This document shows positions 10,322-20,536 of a stretch of 64,000 nucleotides of DNA, one piece after another. The notes beneath the pieces are model-generated. The model saw only the letters and a program-made list of their open reading frames with translations. It was not told the DNA's origin and searched no databases. Source of the stretch: an uncultured Acidobacteriota bacterium (GTDB lineage: Bacteria > Acidobacteriota > Blastocatellia > RBC074); the NCBI GenBank assembly GCA_963796275.1, contig CAWCKY010000003.1, positions 1 to 64,000 of the forward strand. Direction: 5' to 3'. Both the position numbers and the translations under genes were made by a program. How positions within the stretch are numbered: the stretch's first letter is position 1; every line of letters starts with the position of its first letter.

Positions 10322-12301
10322 ATGCTTTTCCAAATCAAAGAGATTGTTTTGTGGGCGAAGAAGTCGGCGTTCCCGCCGAGACGGGTTCCGTTCAAGCCCG
10401 GCATGGTAAACGTTATCAGCGGGATTTCACGCACTGGCAAATCCGCCATCATACCCATTATTGATTACTGCCTTGGGTCAGATAGGTGTACCATCCCAGT
10501 CAACACTATTCGAGACGCTTGCGAATGGTTTGGAGTTGTTGTGCAGACATCCGAAGGCGAAAAACTCTTTGCGAGACGAGAGCCAGGCTCTCAGAAGTCT
10601 ACAGGAGACATGTTTGTATTGGAGGCAGTGGAGGTAGAAATTCCTGAAACGATTATCGCCAAAACGACTAGCGTTGATGTTGTGAAAAGAAAATTGGATG
10701 AGTTAGCTGGGCTCACAGCGCTAGATTTCGATGTCTCAAATATCAACGCTAGCTTCAAACATCGTCCGAGCTTTCGGGATTTGGGCGCTTTTATGTATCA
10801 GCCACAGAACATTGTGGCGAATCCCAATGTGCTTTTTTATAAGGCGGACACTCATGAGCATCGGGAAAAGCTGAGAACCATATTTCCATATATTCTCGAT
10901 GCCATTACGCCGGCGCTACTGGCGAAACAGCATGAACTCGACCAATTGAAAAGAGAGTTGAGGCGAAAACAGGCGGAGCTTTCCAACATTAGGGAAGTTT
11001 CCGAAAGATGGATTGCAGAGATTAAATCGAAAGTGACGGACGCGATAGAATTCGGGCTCACTGAACGTATTGCCTTAGATACAGCCTCACTAGACCGGCT
11101 CATTTCCGTTTTGAAAGCCATTGTGCAACGAACACAGTTTGAAGTCCGAACAACCTCGGAAACCATATCGGATGCAATCAATGAACTCGTAAAATTGCAA
11201 AAGGAGGAGTCAGATATTTCTTTGGAGTTGTCTACTCTTCGGAAACGGCAGGCAGAAATGACTGCTTTGAGGGAAAGTGCTTCGATGTATAAAGGAGCGC
11301 TCCAAATTCAGCGCGATAGGCTGAAAGTTTCCGAGTGGGTTGGGGAACTTCACCACCCAAATCATGATCGCCCTGTGTGCGGAAGCGCTTTCGAATCTGC
11401 CACTGAAGAACTGGGTTGGCTTCAGAAGGCCCTTAAGGAAATAGAGGTAGACGCTGGTGAATTCGAAGCGGTTCCGGCCTCATTTGATCGTGAGTTCGAG
11501 AGAGTCAGGGCAGAGGTGCGAATTGCTACGGACCAAATTAAGGCCGTAAGAATGCGAATAGAATCTCTTGAGAGAAAATCGGACGAGGCAAAGCAAAGGC
11601 AATATGACACACTCAAAGTTTCCCGCTTTATCGGCAATTTAGAACAGTCGTTGCAGACCTATGACCGGCTTGGCACTGACAGCGATCTCGTAGGTGAAGT
11701 GGAAGAGCTTATAGGACGAGTGAGGACACTGGAGGGTGAAATATCTGAAGGCGCAGTGAAAGAAAAGGTAAAGAGAGCTTTGAAAAGAGTGGGGCAAAAC
11801 GCAGGAAAACTGTTACCCAATCTGGACGCAGAGCGACCGAATGACCCCATATCTTTATCAATAAACGATCTCACTATAAAAGTAGAAGGTCTCAATCGAG
11901 AAGATTATTTGTGGGAGATTGGAAGCGGTTCGAATTGGTTATCCTATCACATTGCAGTCAGTCTGGCGCTTCAACAGTTCTTTTTAGAATTGGAAACGTC
12001 TCCAGTGCCGAGTCTGCTCGTGTATGACCAACCCAGCCAGGTATATTTTCCGAAAAGGCTTGCTGACAGACCAAGTGAAATCGCAACAGAGAATGAGCTC
12101 TCACTTAAGGATGAAGATGTCGAAGCACTTAAAAAGGTCTTTCATGTCCTTTCGAGAGTAGTGGGAGGGGAAAAAGGAAAACTCCAAGTAATTGTACTTG
12201 ATCATGCGCCCGAATCGATTTGGGGAAGTATTCCAACTATCCATTGTGTTGCGGAGTGGCGTGAAGGCAGAAAGCTAGTGCCAGATGAATGGTTGACGTA
12301 A
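10322..12301 (+). CDS. lmuB: Lamassu SMC/Rad50-like ABC ATPase (DUF3732 family)
   Basis: Walker A GISRTGKS, coiled coils, signature GSGSNW, Walker B LVYDQPSQ, VIVLDH; hook region reads DRPVCGS. Confidence 0.9.
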   Translation: MLFQIKEIVLWAKKSAFPPRRVPFKPGMVNVISGISRTGKSAIIPIIDYCLGSDRCTIPVNTIRDACEWFGVVVQTSEGEKLFARREPGSQKSTGDMFVLEAVEVEIPETIIAKTTSVDVVKRKLDELAGLTALDFDVSNINASFKHRPSFRDLGAFMYQPQNIVANPNVLFYKADTHEHREKLRTIFPYILDAITPALLAKQHELDQLKRELRRKQAELSNIREVSERWIAEIKSKVTDAIEFGLTERIALDTASLDRLISVLKAIVQRTQFEVRTTSETISDAINELVKLQKEESDISLELSTLRKRQAEMTALRESASMYKGALQIQRDRLKVSEWVGELHHPNHDRPVCGSAFESATEELGWLQKALKEIEVDAGEFEAVPASFDREFERVRAEVRIATDQIKAVRMRIESLERKSDEAKQRQYDTLKVSRFIGNLEQSLQTYDRLGTDSDLVGEVEELIGRVRTLEGEISEGAVKEKVKRALKRVGQNAGKLLPNLDAERPNDPISLSINDLTIKVEGLNREDYLWEIGSGSNWLSYHIAVSLALQQFFLELETSPVPSLLVYDQPSQVYFPKRLADRPSEIATENELSLKDEDVEALKKVFHVLSRVVGGEKGKLQVIVLDHAPESIWGSIPTIHCVAEWREGRKLVPDEWLT

Positions 12302-12340
12302 GGCTTAGACGGGTATGATGACACTACGCGAGTCATCCCG

Positions 12341-13360
12341 GTGCGGAAGAGAAAAACAGAGAAGAGAGGAATCTTGGTGAGAGCGCGTGATATTGAAATA
12401 TGGGCGTTGAGCGTAATTGAGCGAGTGGAATTGAAGCAGCCACATGAGGATTCCCGGGTTGAACTCAAAACAGAATGGGTACCGTCGTCGAAGGCTGCTC
12501 GCCGAATCGCAGGACATGCCAATGCTGCGCGTGGCGAACCGATTCTTTGGCTTATCGGAGTTGATGAGAAACAAGGTGTCCAAGGAGCCGCCTTTCAGGA
12601 GCTTGTGGACTGGTGGAAACAGGTGCAATTGGAGTTCGATGGCATAACTCCAGCAATGAAGGACGTAAATATTTCGTGGAACGGTCACGGTATTGTTGCC
12701 CTTCTATTCGAAACGGAGCGCGCTCCATTCGTTGTACGCAATCCTGCGTATGGCAAGCCGGACGGAGGATCGGTCGAGCGCGAAGTTCCCTGGAGAGAGG
12801 GGACAGCAACACGGAGCGCAAACCGCAACGATCTAATGTTGTTACTCTCGCCGCTTCAACGTGTGCCGCGATACGATTTGCTTGAAGGCAGGTTGATATT
12901 ATTTTCCGGCAACTATGCAGATGACGATCGGACATTTCATACCTGGAGGCTGAATCTGACGCTTTATATGTACCCTCAGAATGATGCGCAAACAGTAATC
13001 CCGCCTCACTTGTGTAAGGCATCCTTCGAGGTTGTTGGACATATTGAAGAAACATATTTCCATAAAGTGATCTTCCCGGTATATGGAAACTCGATGACCG
13101 GGGAAACGAGCGGGTCTGGTGGAATAATTGATGGGCCTGGGCTTCTTTTCATAGATGCTATAGCGGATCTTATCCCTGCTGAAATCAATGATTCCGGAGA
13201 TGCGCGCATTAAAGTTGACCTTCGCCCGGCTGACGCAGACCGATCCATTGTTATTGATGAGGTGCTCCACTTAGCCTCTCCCGGCGGAGGTGAGCAATTC
13301 AGATGGACGCGTAACAATTATTCAAAAGGTGAGCGAGGGGTTGCGTTAAAAGTGACATAA
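12341..13360 (+). CDS. Schlafen/AlbA_2-domain protein with an unknown beta-rich C-terminal domain
   Basis: EDSRVELK, IAGHANA.GE...LIGVDE. Probable start GTG at 12377 after GAGAGGA. Confidence 0.75.
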   Translation: MRKRKTEKRGILVRARDIEIWALSVIERVELKQPHEDSRVELKTEWVPSSKAARRIAGHANAARGEPILWLIGVDEKQGVQGAAFQELVDWWKQVQLEFDGITPAMKDVNISWNGHGIVALLFETERAPFVVRNPAYGKPDGGSVEREVPWREGTATRSANRNDLMLLLSPLQRVPRYDLLEGRLILFSGNYADDDRTFHTWRLNLTLYMYPQNDAQTVIPPHLCKASFEVVGHIEETYFHKVIFPVYGNSMTGETSGSGGIIDGPGLLFIDAIADLIPAEINDSGDARIKVDLRPADADRSIVIDEVLHLASPGGGEQFRWTRNNYSKGERGVALKVT

Positions 13361-13692
13361 TAAGATTTCACGTCAAGAACGCCGTATTTTGGCAGTTTTG
13401 TGTCGCGGCGTCGGGGTTAGTTTTCGCCCTCCTGATGGCGCGCTTCACGCCGCTGGGCGTCCTTAGCCATGAAGGTATTTTCTACTCAGAGCGGATAAGT
13501 ATATGTCGATTCTGATCGGTTCAATATCCGCCTCCTCGCCCCAAGATCATTCAGTTTGGCCTATATTTCGTACTCTCTCCTTATCCTTCTCTTTTTCCTC
13601 CAAAAACAAAGTGGTCGGCATTGTGCGCATACCGGGGCGCTCGCTCCGGCACCTTGTGCTCAACACGTTTCAAGCGGCTACGAGGAGGAAGG

Positions 13693-13998
13693 ATGCCGGC
13701 TATCACTGTCGATCAAATACACAACATTATCGAGAGGTGTTTCAAGTCTAAAGAACTGAACAAGTCTATTATCGACCACGTCCTGATGCTCGTTAACAGG
13801 CACGTCGAAGCCTGCGAGCGATACGGTATCGCACCGGAGATTACCAGAACAGTTATCGAGGGGGTTGAAGACTTTCGGCTGAAAGAAGCGACGGGCATCT
13901 CAGTGATCGACAGAGCGCCTGACGAAGCCGTATTCCCGGCGACAAGATTTCTTCAATACCTCTCCCCTCGCGAAAGCCGTACGCAGAGGCCGGAGTAA
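13693..13998 (+). CDS. Hypothetical backbone protein
   Basis: Strong RBS GAGGAGG before the ATG at 13693; 101 aa. Confidence 0.65.
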   Translation: MPAITVDQIHNIIERCFKSKELNKSIIDHVLMLVNRHVEACERYGIAPEITRTVIEGVEDFRLKEATGISVIDRAPDEAVFPATRFLQYLSPRESRTQRPE

Positions 13999-14057
13999 TT
14001 AAGGAGGGTTGTCGCGGTGGTTGAACACGAAATTGTTCCAAATGGCGATGGTTTAGT

Positions 14058-14366
14058 GTGCGCATTTACGATGCCCCGGCCGGCGGCTGGCGCATGCTCT
14101 TCGGACAGAAGGAAGGCGCATCGGGACGTACACGACCTATGACGATGCAATGGCGGGTGTGCAGGTCTATGACTGCTCGGATAAAACTGTTTTTGTTCGA
14201 GGCGGAGCTCGATGTTTATCTCCAATCGGCGCGCACGGGGATTGCGCTCGCCGGTTGTGAATTACCTTCGCTGGTTCGTTTCGGCGGGCCCGATTATTGC
14301 GCCTATGCCGCCTTCACTCTGCCAGAAGAGTTCATGCGATCCGATCTGATAATCGGCTATAAGTGA
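14058..14366 (+). CDS. Hypothetical protein, 5' end uncertain (possible frameshift)
   Basis: AAGGAGG RBS at ~14001 followed by a GTG in another frame; lies between co-oriented genes. Confidence 0.4.
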   Translation: MRIYDAPAGGWRMLFGQKEGASGRTRPMTMQWRVCRSMTARIKLFLFEAELDVYLQSARTGIALAGCELPSLVRFGGPDYCAYAAFTLPEEFMRSDLIIGYK

Positions 14367-14542
14367 CTTAATCTCCTCTCGAAAATCAAAAAGAATTACC
14401 CACCAGACCGGTTTTGATTATTCCAACCGGCGACTGTTCAGCAGGGAAGTCATCGGCGCGTCGCTGTTTATCCGGTCATCGAGACCGCTCGTCAATCGGC
14501 GTGCTTCATCTGTCTGAAAATGGCGCGGCTTGCAGCGACGTC

Positions 14543-15709
14543 ATGCCGACATCAACTTCAAGCGTCTTCTGCCGCGTCAACCGGCGCAGGCCGTGCCGGA
14601 TTTGCGGGAAGCCAGACTGGTGTGTATATGTCCGCGACGGGGAGCGCATCTCAATTTGTATGCGCGTGAGCGATGGGGCGCGCAAGATCAATCGCCACGG
14701 CGGCGCGATCTTCATTCATGATGATTGGCGCGAAGAGAAGGGAATTGGCGTTCGCATCGTCGCCGATCTCCCGCAGTCACCGATCGCGCCTATCGAAATC
14801 CGCGACTTCATATACGGCAAACTGATCGAACTCAGCCCGGGTACTCTCTATCCCGGCGCGCTCATCGCCGGAGAGAAAGGTCTTCTTGCGCGCGGATTAA
14901 GCGAACATCACATCGGTAATTATGGAGGGCTGGCCGGAGGTTCGAGAGAGCGAGACCGCATCTCGCGGCTGCTCCTGCAGGAGATAAATGACCAATTTCC
15001 GGGCGTTGGTTCGCTGCGCGGCATTCCAGGGCTCTGGGAAGACTGGCAGGGTGTGCATCTCTGGAAGCCGAAAGATTATCTCCTCCCGAGACTGCTTATC
15101 CCTGTGCGCGATGGCTCGGGGCGCATTCAAGCCTGCCAGATGCGACTGCCGATCGCTTCGAAGAAAGGGTTGCGATACCTCTGGCTCTCCTCTTCCGATC
15201 TGCCGCACGGAACCGGCTCAGGCAGCCCACTCCATTTCAAGTTCCGCCTCGCCGATCTTCCGCGCGATGCCCGGATTGTGATCGTCGAGGGAGTTCTCAA
15301 GGCCGACGTCCTCTCCGCCATCCGTCCTGAGTTGTACATCGTCGCGACGCCATGCGTGACGGCCAATCACGACGCGCTCGTCGAACTCACGCGCGGCAGA
15401 CCTGTTTGGATTGCGTTCGATCAAGATCATTATTCAAACGAGACGGTCTGCTTTCACCTGGCCTCGCTCATCGCCAGGCGGCTGCAACGCGAGAGGACGC
15501 TCGCGACTACGCGCATCGCCTCGTGGGATGTCCAGGTCAAAGGGATTGACGACGCCGCGGCCAGCAATCTTCCGATCACATCCATCAGCATCCAGAGCTG
15601 GCTCAATCGACTCAGCCCGCGATTTCGCCAGATCGCGATGATGCGCCTGTCTGAACCCGCCGCACTTCCCCTTAGATCGAAAAATAAAAGCGGTTCGCAA
15701 GGACGGTGA
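14543..15709 (+). CDS. Zn-finger + Toprim DNA primase-like protein (DUF3854-like)
   Basis: PCRICGKPDWC...CMR zinc finger; IVEGVLKAD and IAFDQD Toprim motifs; KGIDD. Confidence 0.8.
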   Translation: MPTSTSSVFCRVNRRRPCRICGKPDWCVYVRDGERISICMRVSDGARKINRHGGAIFIHDDWREEKGIGVRIVADLPQSPIAPIEIRDFIYGKLIELSPGTLYPGALIAGEKGLLARGLSEHHIGNYGGLAGGSRERDRISRLLLQEINDQFPGVGSLRGIPGLWEDWQGVHLWKPKDYLLPRLLIPVRDGSGRIQACQMRLPIASKKGLRYLWLSSSDLPHGTGSGSPLHFKFRLADLPRDARIVIVEGVLKADVLSAIRPELYIVATPCVTANHDALVELTRGRPVWIAFDQDHYSNETVCFHLASLIARRLQRERTLATTRIASWDVQVKGIDDAAASNLPITSISIQSWLNRLSPRFRQIAMMRLSEPAALPLRSKNKSGSQGR

Positions 15710-16329
15710 GCGGCGACGATACCGTTCGTCTGTCCGCCATTTGCCCACTTACATTTGAAGAAGGTTTTCAAAGCCTTCTCCCTTTTATAAGGAGCACTAT
15801 GCCGATCCGCGTTCACGTCTCTCAGTTGTCAGACGAAGCTCTCCGGGAGACATTAGGCGTCAAGCGCCGAGCCAAGCCGCGCGAGCTAGAGCGTCAGCAC
15901 CAGATCGCCCTGATCAAATGGGTGAGAACGGTCAAGGATGTTAATCTGGTGCTCAACCTCCTTTATGCCGTACCCAATGGAGGAGCCCGGAATCTTTATG
16001 TGGCGAAAAAACTTAAGGCCGAAGGCGTACGGGCCGGCGTGGCCGATCTATGTCTGCCCGCCGCACGACGCGGCTATCACGGCCTGTATCTTGAAATGAA
16101 ATCGGAAGAGGGCGTCGCCACGAAGGAGCAAAAAGCCTTTCTTCGTGGCGTGTTGGAAGAAGGTTATTGCGCGGTTATCGCCGAGGGAGCTGATGAAGCA
16201 CGCGCAACCATCTCATGGTATATAGGAATCAGCGATCATGAGCCGGCATCAGTGCTCAAGACCAATCTGATCTGCCAGGCGCATCTCTCAAGCAGACGTG
16301 GTGAACGTCGTAAGAATACGAAGAAATGA
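15706..16329 (+). CDS. VRR-NUC domain nuclease
   Basis: YAVPNGG, GVRAGVADL, LYLEMKS, EQKAF. Confidence 0.85.
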   Translation: MSGDDTVRLSAICPLTFEEGFQSLLPFIRSTMPIRVHVSQLSDEALRETLGVKRRAKPRELERQHQIALIKWVRTVKDVNLVLNLLYAVPNGGARNLYVAKKLKAEGVRAGVADLCLPAARRGYHGLYLEMKSEEGVATKEQKAFLRGVLEEGYCAVIAEGADEARATISWYIGISDHEPASVLKTNLICQAHLSSRRGERRKNTKK

Positions 16330-16761
16330 TTACACAACTTCCTTTCGTAATCAGCGAGACCAAGTCTCAGTGCATTCAACCATACTGACATTGGTCCTTC
16401 AAATATAACTATGACGGATGGGTTATTTGACGTCTCGACAACGATGCTTAATCCAGGGCCGACAAGTTCGATCTAGGGCCTGGGCTCGTTTTACAACTGC
16501 GGTGGGCCAAGAGCTTGATGCAGATGGCCCTCAATTATTGTTCTAGCGCCTTGCATTGTTTTAACACCCAACACTTAGAATTACAGAACAGCCGCGCAAG
16601 CTGGTATCTGGCCGGCGCTCATTAATCAGCTACGCCTCGCCGCGAAGTGTCACAGGGTGCAGTGCGAAACTCTCGATCACATACTTCAAATGGGAGGAAC
16701 CGAATGATGCTCACTCGAATCGCCACTCTTCTAATGGCAGTAAGCCTTCTGCTACTGCCGG

Positions 16762-17457
16762 GTGCCAATACATACGCCCAACGGTGAGCAGACTTATAGC
16801 TTCAACTTGGGCGAAAGCGACGCCGGTGTCATTCAATCAATGGATGCGCAATTGCGGGGGCTGGACGGCAGGCTGGAGAAATCGCTTGCCGCGCAACGAG
16901 AACTCGAGCATCGCCATAAACAAATCACAATGGAACTCGACAAGGGATGGGAGCCGGCAGGAAAGTACCAGGAGCTGAAACTCCGGCTCGATGCGCTCAA
17001 TCAAGCTCTTGCAGAATCCGGCGCCGAAATCGAGGCGTCTCCCGAATTGTCGAATCTTGACGATGAGGCTCTGCGACCGGTCGAGCCAGGCGTCGGCTTT
17101 CATCAAATACTCAGCCTCACGGAAGATTCTGTCACCGCAACGCAGGAAGAGGCCACATCGGCAGATGAGCCACACCCGCCCTCTTCAGAGTCATCAACAA
17201 TCAATTTCGTGCAGGAGACATCTGGAAACGCCTCAGAGATTCGACTTGCTCAGGGTGATGGCACCATTGACCAGGCTGATTCAGGATTCGAGGCCGGGAG
17301 CGAACCGGCGAATGGACTCGCCGTTGCGCCTCCCATTGCGCGCTCTATTGAATCTGATGACGCTCAAGCTCAAAAGTCGAAAGCGGCCAAACGTGGCTCC
17401 GGCTCAAGGATCGTCACGACAGGTCTATCTGAGCAGATGAGCTTCGACTGGTCCTGA
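16762..17457 (+). pseudogene. Probable C-terminal remnant of a large methylase/SNF2-helicase protein
   Basis: NLGESDAGVIQSMDAQL...YQELKLRLDALNQAL resembles the tails of such proteins, followed by an acidic tail ending QMSFDW. No RBS and no N-terminal part. Confidence 0.45.
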
Positions 17458-17513
17458 TGCTGCGTCCAAAAGAAAAGCGGGCGGCATCGTCGTGTTTTCA
17501 GGAGGACACGGCG

Positions 17514-17747
17514 ATGAAGAAGCGCAATACATCACCCGACATATTCGATCTTATCAATCTGGTCAATCCGATGATCGCGTTTTGGAAATCCATTGCGGAG
17601 AGCAGCTTTAAAATGATGAAGCCGGATTCAGACCCGAGTGAATTTGAGCGGGAGTGGCCGAAGATTCTCGACAATTTCTTTCTTGCCAAGACCGTTCGCA
17701 CGGCAAGATTGCTGCGATCGTTTCCCACCGAAGGCTGCGACAACTGA
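17514..17747 (+). CDS. Small hypothetical protein
   Basis: AGGAGG RBS before the ATG at 17514. Confidence 0.5.
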   Translation: MKKRNTSPDIFDLINLVNPMIAFWKSIAESSFKMMKPDSDPSEFEREWPKILDNFFLAKTVRTARLLRSFPTEGCDN

Positions 17748-17768
17748 TCTGCCCACGCTGCAAGCATT

Positions 17769-18362
17769 TCAAATCTCGGCGCCGATGTTTCGCAACCCGG
17801 CAACAAACTTCTTCAACCCTTGACGTTCCAACTGCGCCAGAAAATCCTCCGCGCTTATAGGAGGTCTTTTTCGTCGCTCTCTCATCTCTTTAATAACCGC
17901 GACAACAGCTTCCTGATCAGTTTCGAGCAAACCGGCCGTGAAATCGTCGGGATGTTTGGCTATAAGGTTCCAGGCGGTAAGTATTTTTGGGGGAAAGTCT
18001 TTCAGATTGATCGTCAGGATCAAATTGGCCTCGGCTTTGATTGCCGCCGCCAGCACGTGACGGTCGTCGGGATCGGGCAAAGTAATTGTTGGGATCAGGT
18101 CTTCGTAATCTTCAACGAGCGAATTCTCGATAGCTTCGATCATCGTGTCACGGCGAGCTTCCAGTTTTTCGCGGGTCACGGTGCCGCTTTGTCCGCGATG
18201 TTCGATCACATTGCGAATCCACTCGTCGTGTGTCCATCGGGGGTGATAGAGACTAGCCTCTCCGAACGAGGTCAACAGGTCGGCCATCGTAATCGAATAG
18301 AGCGTGCAAGCGTCGCAGACCGCAATGACCTGCGACTCAGGCTCGACAGGATCATTCGTCAT
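17769..18362 (-). CDS. PIN-domain toxin
   Basis: AVCDACTLY, LPDPDDRHVLAAA, ILTINLKDFP. Confidence 0.9.
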   Translation of the reverse strand: MTNDPVEPESQVIAVCDACTLYSITMADLLTSFGEASLYHPRWTHDEWIRNVIEHRGQSGTVTREKLEARRDTMIEAIENSLVEDYEDLIPTITLPDPDDRHVLAAAIKAEANLILTINLKDFPPKILTAWNLIAKHPDDFTAGLLETDQEAVVAVIKEMRERRKRPPISAEDFLAQLERQGLKKFVAGLRNIGAEI

Positions 18363-18813
18363 ATAATCCCATCTCCTCCGAGATATCGGTCATTCGCCGC
18401 AGCGCCTCCTTCGACTTTATTTTTCGTTTCCGTTTGTACTCGATCAGATCGGACATCGTGATTCGGCGATGCGTCCCGACGTAGTGAAACGGTATCTCGC
18501 CGTTATCTAGAAGCCTCACCAGATACGGGCGCGAAACCTGCAAAAAGTCAGCGGCCTTTTCGGGCGAGACCTCTTCATCCTCCTCAACCAGCCGCAACCT
18601 CTTACCCGATGCGGCGCTGGCCAGAGCTTCATACACCAGCCGGAGGATCGAATCCGGCAAAGTGATCTCTTTACCTCCGGCCTCGACGAGTTTGAGACTC
18701 ACCGTGTCGTGGTCCTTTAGATACTGCTTCAATATTTCGCTGTTCTCCTTCGCCAGCCTCAACATCTCAGGAGACAGGATTGAGATTGACAGTATTTGCT
18801 CTCGGTCATTCAT
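18352..18813 (-). CDS. Excisionase-family HTH protein, antitoxin partner of the PIN gene
   Basis: SPEKAADFLQVSRPYLVRLLD.GEIP..VGTHRRI; overlaps the PIN start; RBS GAGGAGG. Confidence 0.9.
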   Translation of the reverse strand: MNDREQILSISILSPEMLRLAKENSEILKQYLKDHDTVSLKLVEAGGKEITLPDSILRLVYEALASAASGKRLRLVEEDEEVSPEKAADFLQVSRPYLVRLLDNGEIPFHYVGTHRRITMSDLIEYKRKRKIKSKEALRRMTDISEEMGLYDE

Positions 18814-18950
18814 AATATCCCTCCTCAACCGCAGACCCGTTGTGCGCCGAAAGGCTATAGTCGACACCATCGGATTACCAGTCTTAATTTTATAGCCATA
18901 GGCCACAATTTACAATATCTGATAATAACTGAAATAGCTGAAACGAGGGG

Positions 18951-19700
18951 GGAGGAATATCTGAAAGATTGTGGAGATCCAGGGGGATGTGGACGCTTAT
19001 ACGCGCTGCCGCGTGATTCTGATGAACGGCATCGAGATGGAGGCGTTCACCTTCTCACACGCCTTCGCGCGCAATCTCGCCGATATGGATTTGAAAGGCC
19101 AACTGGCTTCCGTGCGGCGAGTCGAGGATCAGCAGCAGACGACCATCAACTGGCTCAACCCGGCTGATCAGACCGTGCTGGAGACGACCATCGCTTATGA
19201 GCAAGTGGCAATCGACCTGACGGCCTATCTGGCGCGGCAGGAGCCGGATCAATACGTCAAGGATGTTTTTGACTTCGGCCTCCTGGAAGATTTCGATCAC
19301 CTCTACCGCTATAGCCAGTTCCTTGATCTGGTCGAGGGCAAGAACCCGAACGAAATCCTATAGGGGAAGACCGACGTCTTCCCGGGGCGCCCGACGCAGG
19401 ATCATCACAACGATCCGCTGCTGCGGTTGCGCAAACATTTGCGGATCGCGGCTGAGGCGCTCAAGAAGCACGAGAACAGGGAGCCTGAGGAGATCATCGG
19501 CGATTCGCTGCCCACGCCCGCCACATTCGAGGAGAATAAGCGGTATGTCAGACGCGTCCTGGAAGACCAGGCGCGCAAGCGGCTCATGCCGGCCGGGGCA
19601 TTCGCTTTCATCAAGGATCTGCCGGCGGACTGGCCGAGCTATAAGTACTAGCGCGTGATCAACGCCGACGGCGCGCCTATGGAACAGGCCGTCAGGTTCC
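18951..19700 (+). pseudogene. Ferritin-like conserved protein, truncated with internal stops
   Basis: VDAYTRCRVILMNGIE, TIAYEQVA, GLLEDFDHLYRY; in-frame TAG at 19361 and 19648; no start. Confidence 0.65.
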
Positions 19701-20064
19701 GCATGGAATCGGCGGGGAGAGCTTCTGCGTGTGGACGATGCGTGGGTGCGCGCGCGCCGGAATTCCGCATAGACGCGCTTGACGTCGAGATTGCGCCGAA
19801 CAGGCTCGCGCACGCGGACGACCTAATTTCGCAGGCTACCAACGTCGCGGCGGCGGCCGGCGCCAAAGGACGCAGGTGAGAGCAATCGCGGAGGCGGTGG
19901 CGGCTTTTTACTGGCGCAATAATTGCAATGACAGGTTTACAGGCGGCTCTAAACTGGCGTTTGCCTATTACCAGCTGGCGGCGGCGTGATGCTTCAGTGC
20001 GAACCCGCCCGTGAGCCGTACATATGAGACTATTACCAAATACCAATTAATAGGAGGGAACTGC

Positions 20065-20529
20065 ATGAATGCGCTGGAACTTTTAAAGGAAGACCACCGG
20101 AAGGTGCAAGAGTTGTTCGAACAGGTCAAGGCGACAGAGAGCCAAAAGCAACACAAGCAGCTTTTCAGAAGGATCAAAACCGAACTCGATACACATGCCC
20201 ACATTGAGGAGAAGGTCTTTTACCCGACCCTGAAGAAGTACGAAGAGTTTAAGGAGACTGTGCTCGAAGCGATCGAGGAACATCTCCAGATGAAGACTTT
20301 GCTGCGCGCCATAGACCGCCTCTCGGAGGGAAACGAGCGATTCGACGCTAAGCTGAAGGTGCTGATAGATGATGTTGAGCATCACATCGAGGAGGAAGAG
20401 GGCGAGTTGTTCCCGAAAGTCAAACGGCAGCTCTCGAGTGAGCAACTGAAAGATATGGGACTGGGGCTTGAGGCCGCGAAGAAGGATTTCGTAAGGACGC
20501 CCCGCGCGAGGGCCGCTTCATCGAGATGA
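20065..20529 (+). CDS. Hemerythrin (HHE) domain protein
   Basis: LKEDHRKV, HAHIEEKVFYP, EEH, HHIEEEEGELFP; AGGAGG RBS. Confidence 0.9.
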   Translation: MNALELLKEDHRKVQELFEQVKATESQKQHKQLFRRIKTELDTHAHIEEKVFYPTLKKYEEFKETVLEAIEEHLQMKTLLRAIDRLSEGNERFDAKLKVLIDDVEHHIEEEEGELFPKVKRQLSSEQLKDMGLGLEAAKKDFVRTPRARAASSR

Positions 20530-20536
20530 ACAGTCA

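Noticed and set aside
16437-16546. Possible second attC (AAC...AGGGCC...GGCCCT...GTT)
   Set aside because: L-box pairing is poor and no intact gene is associated; it needs a covariance-model test.
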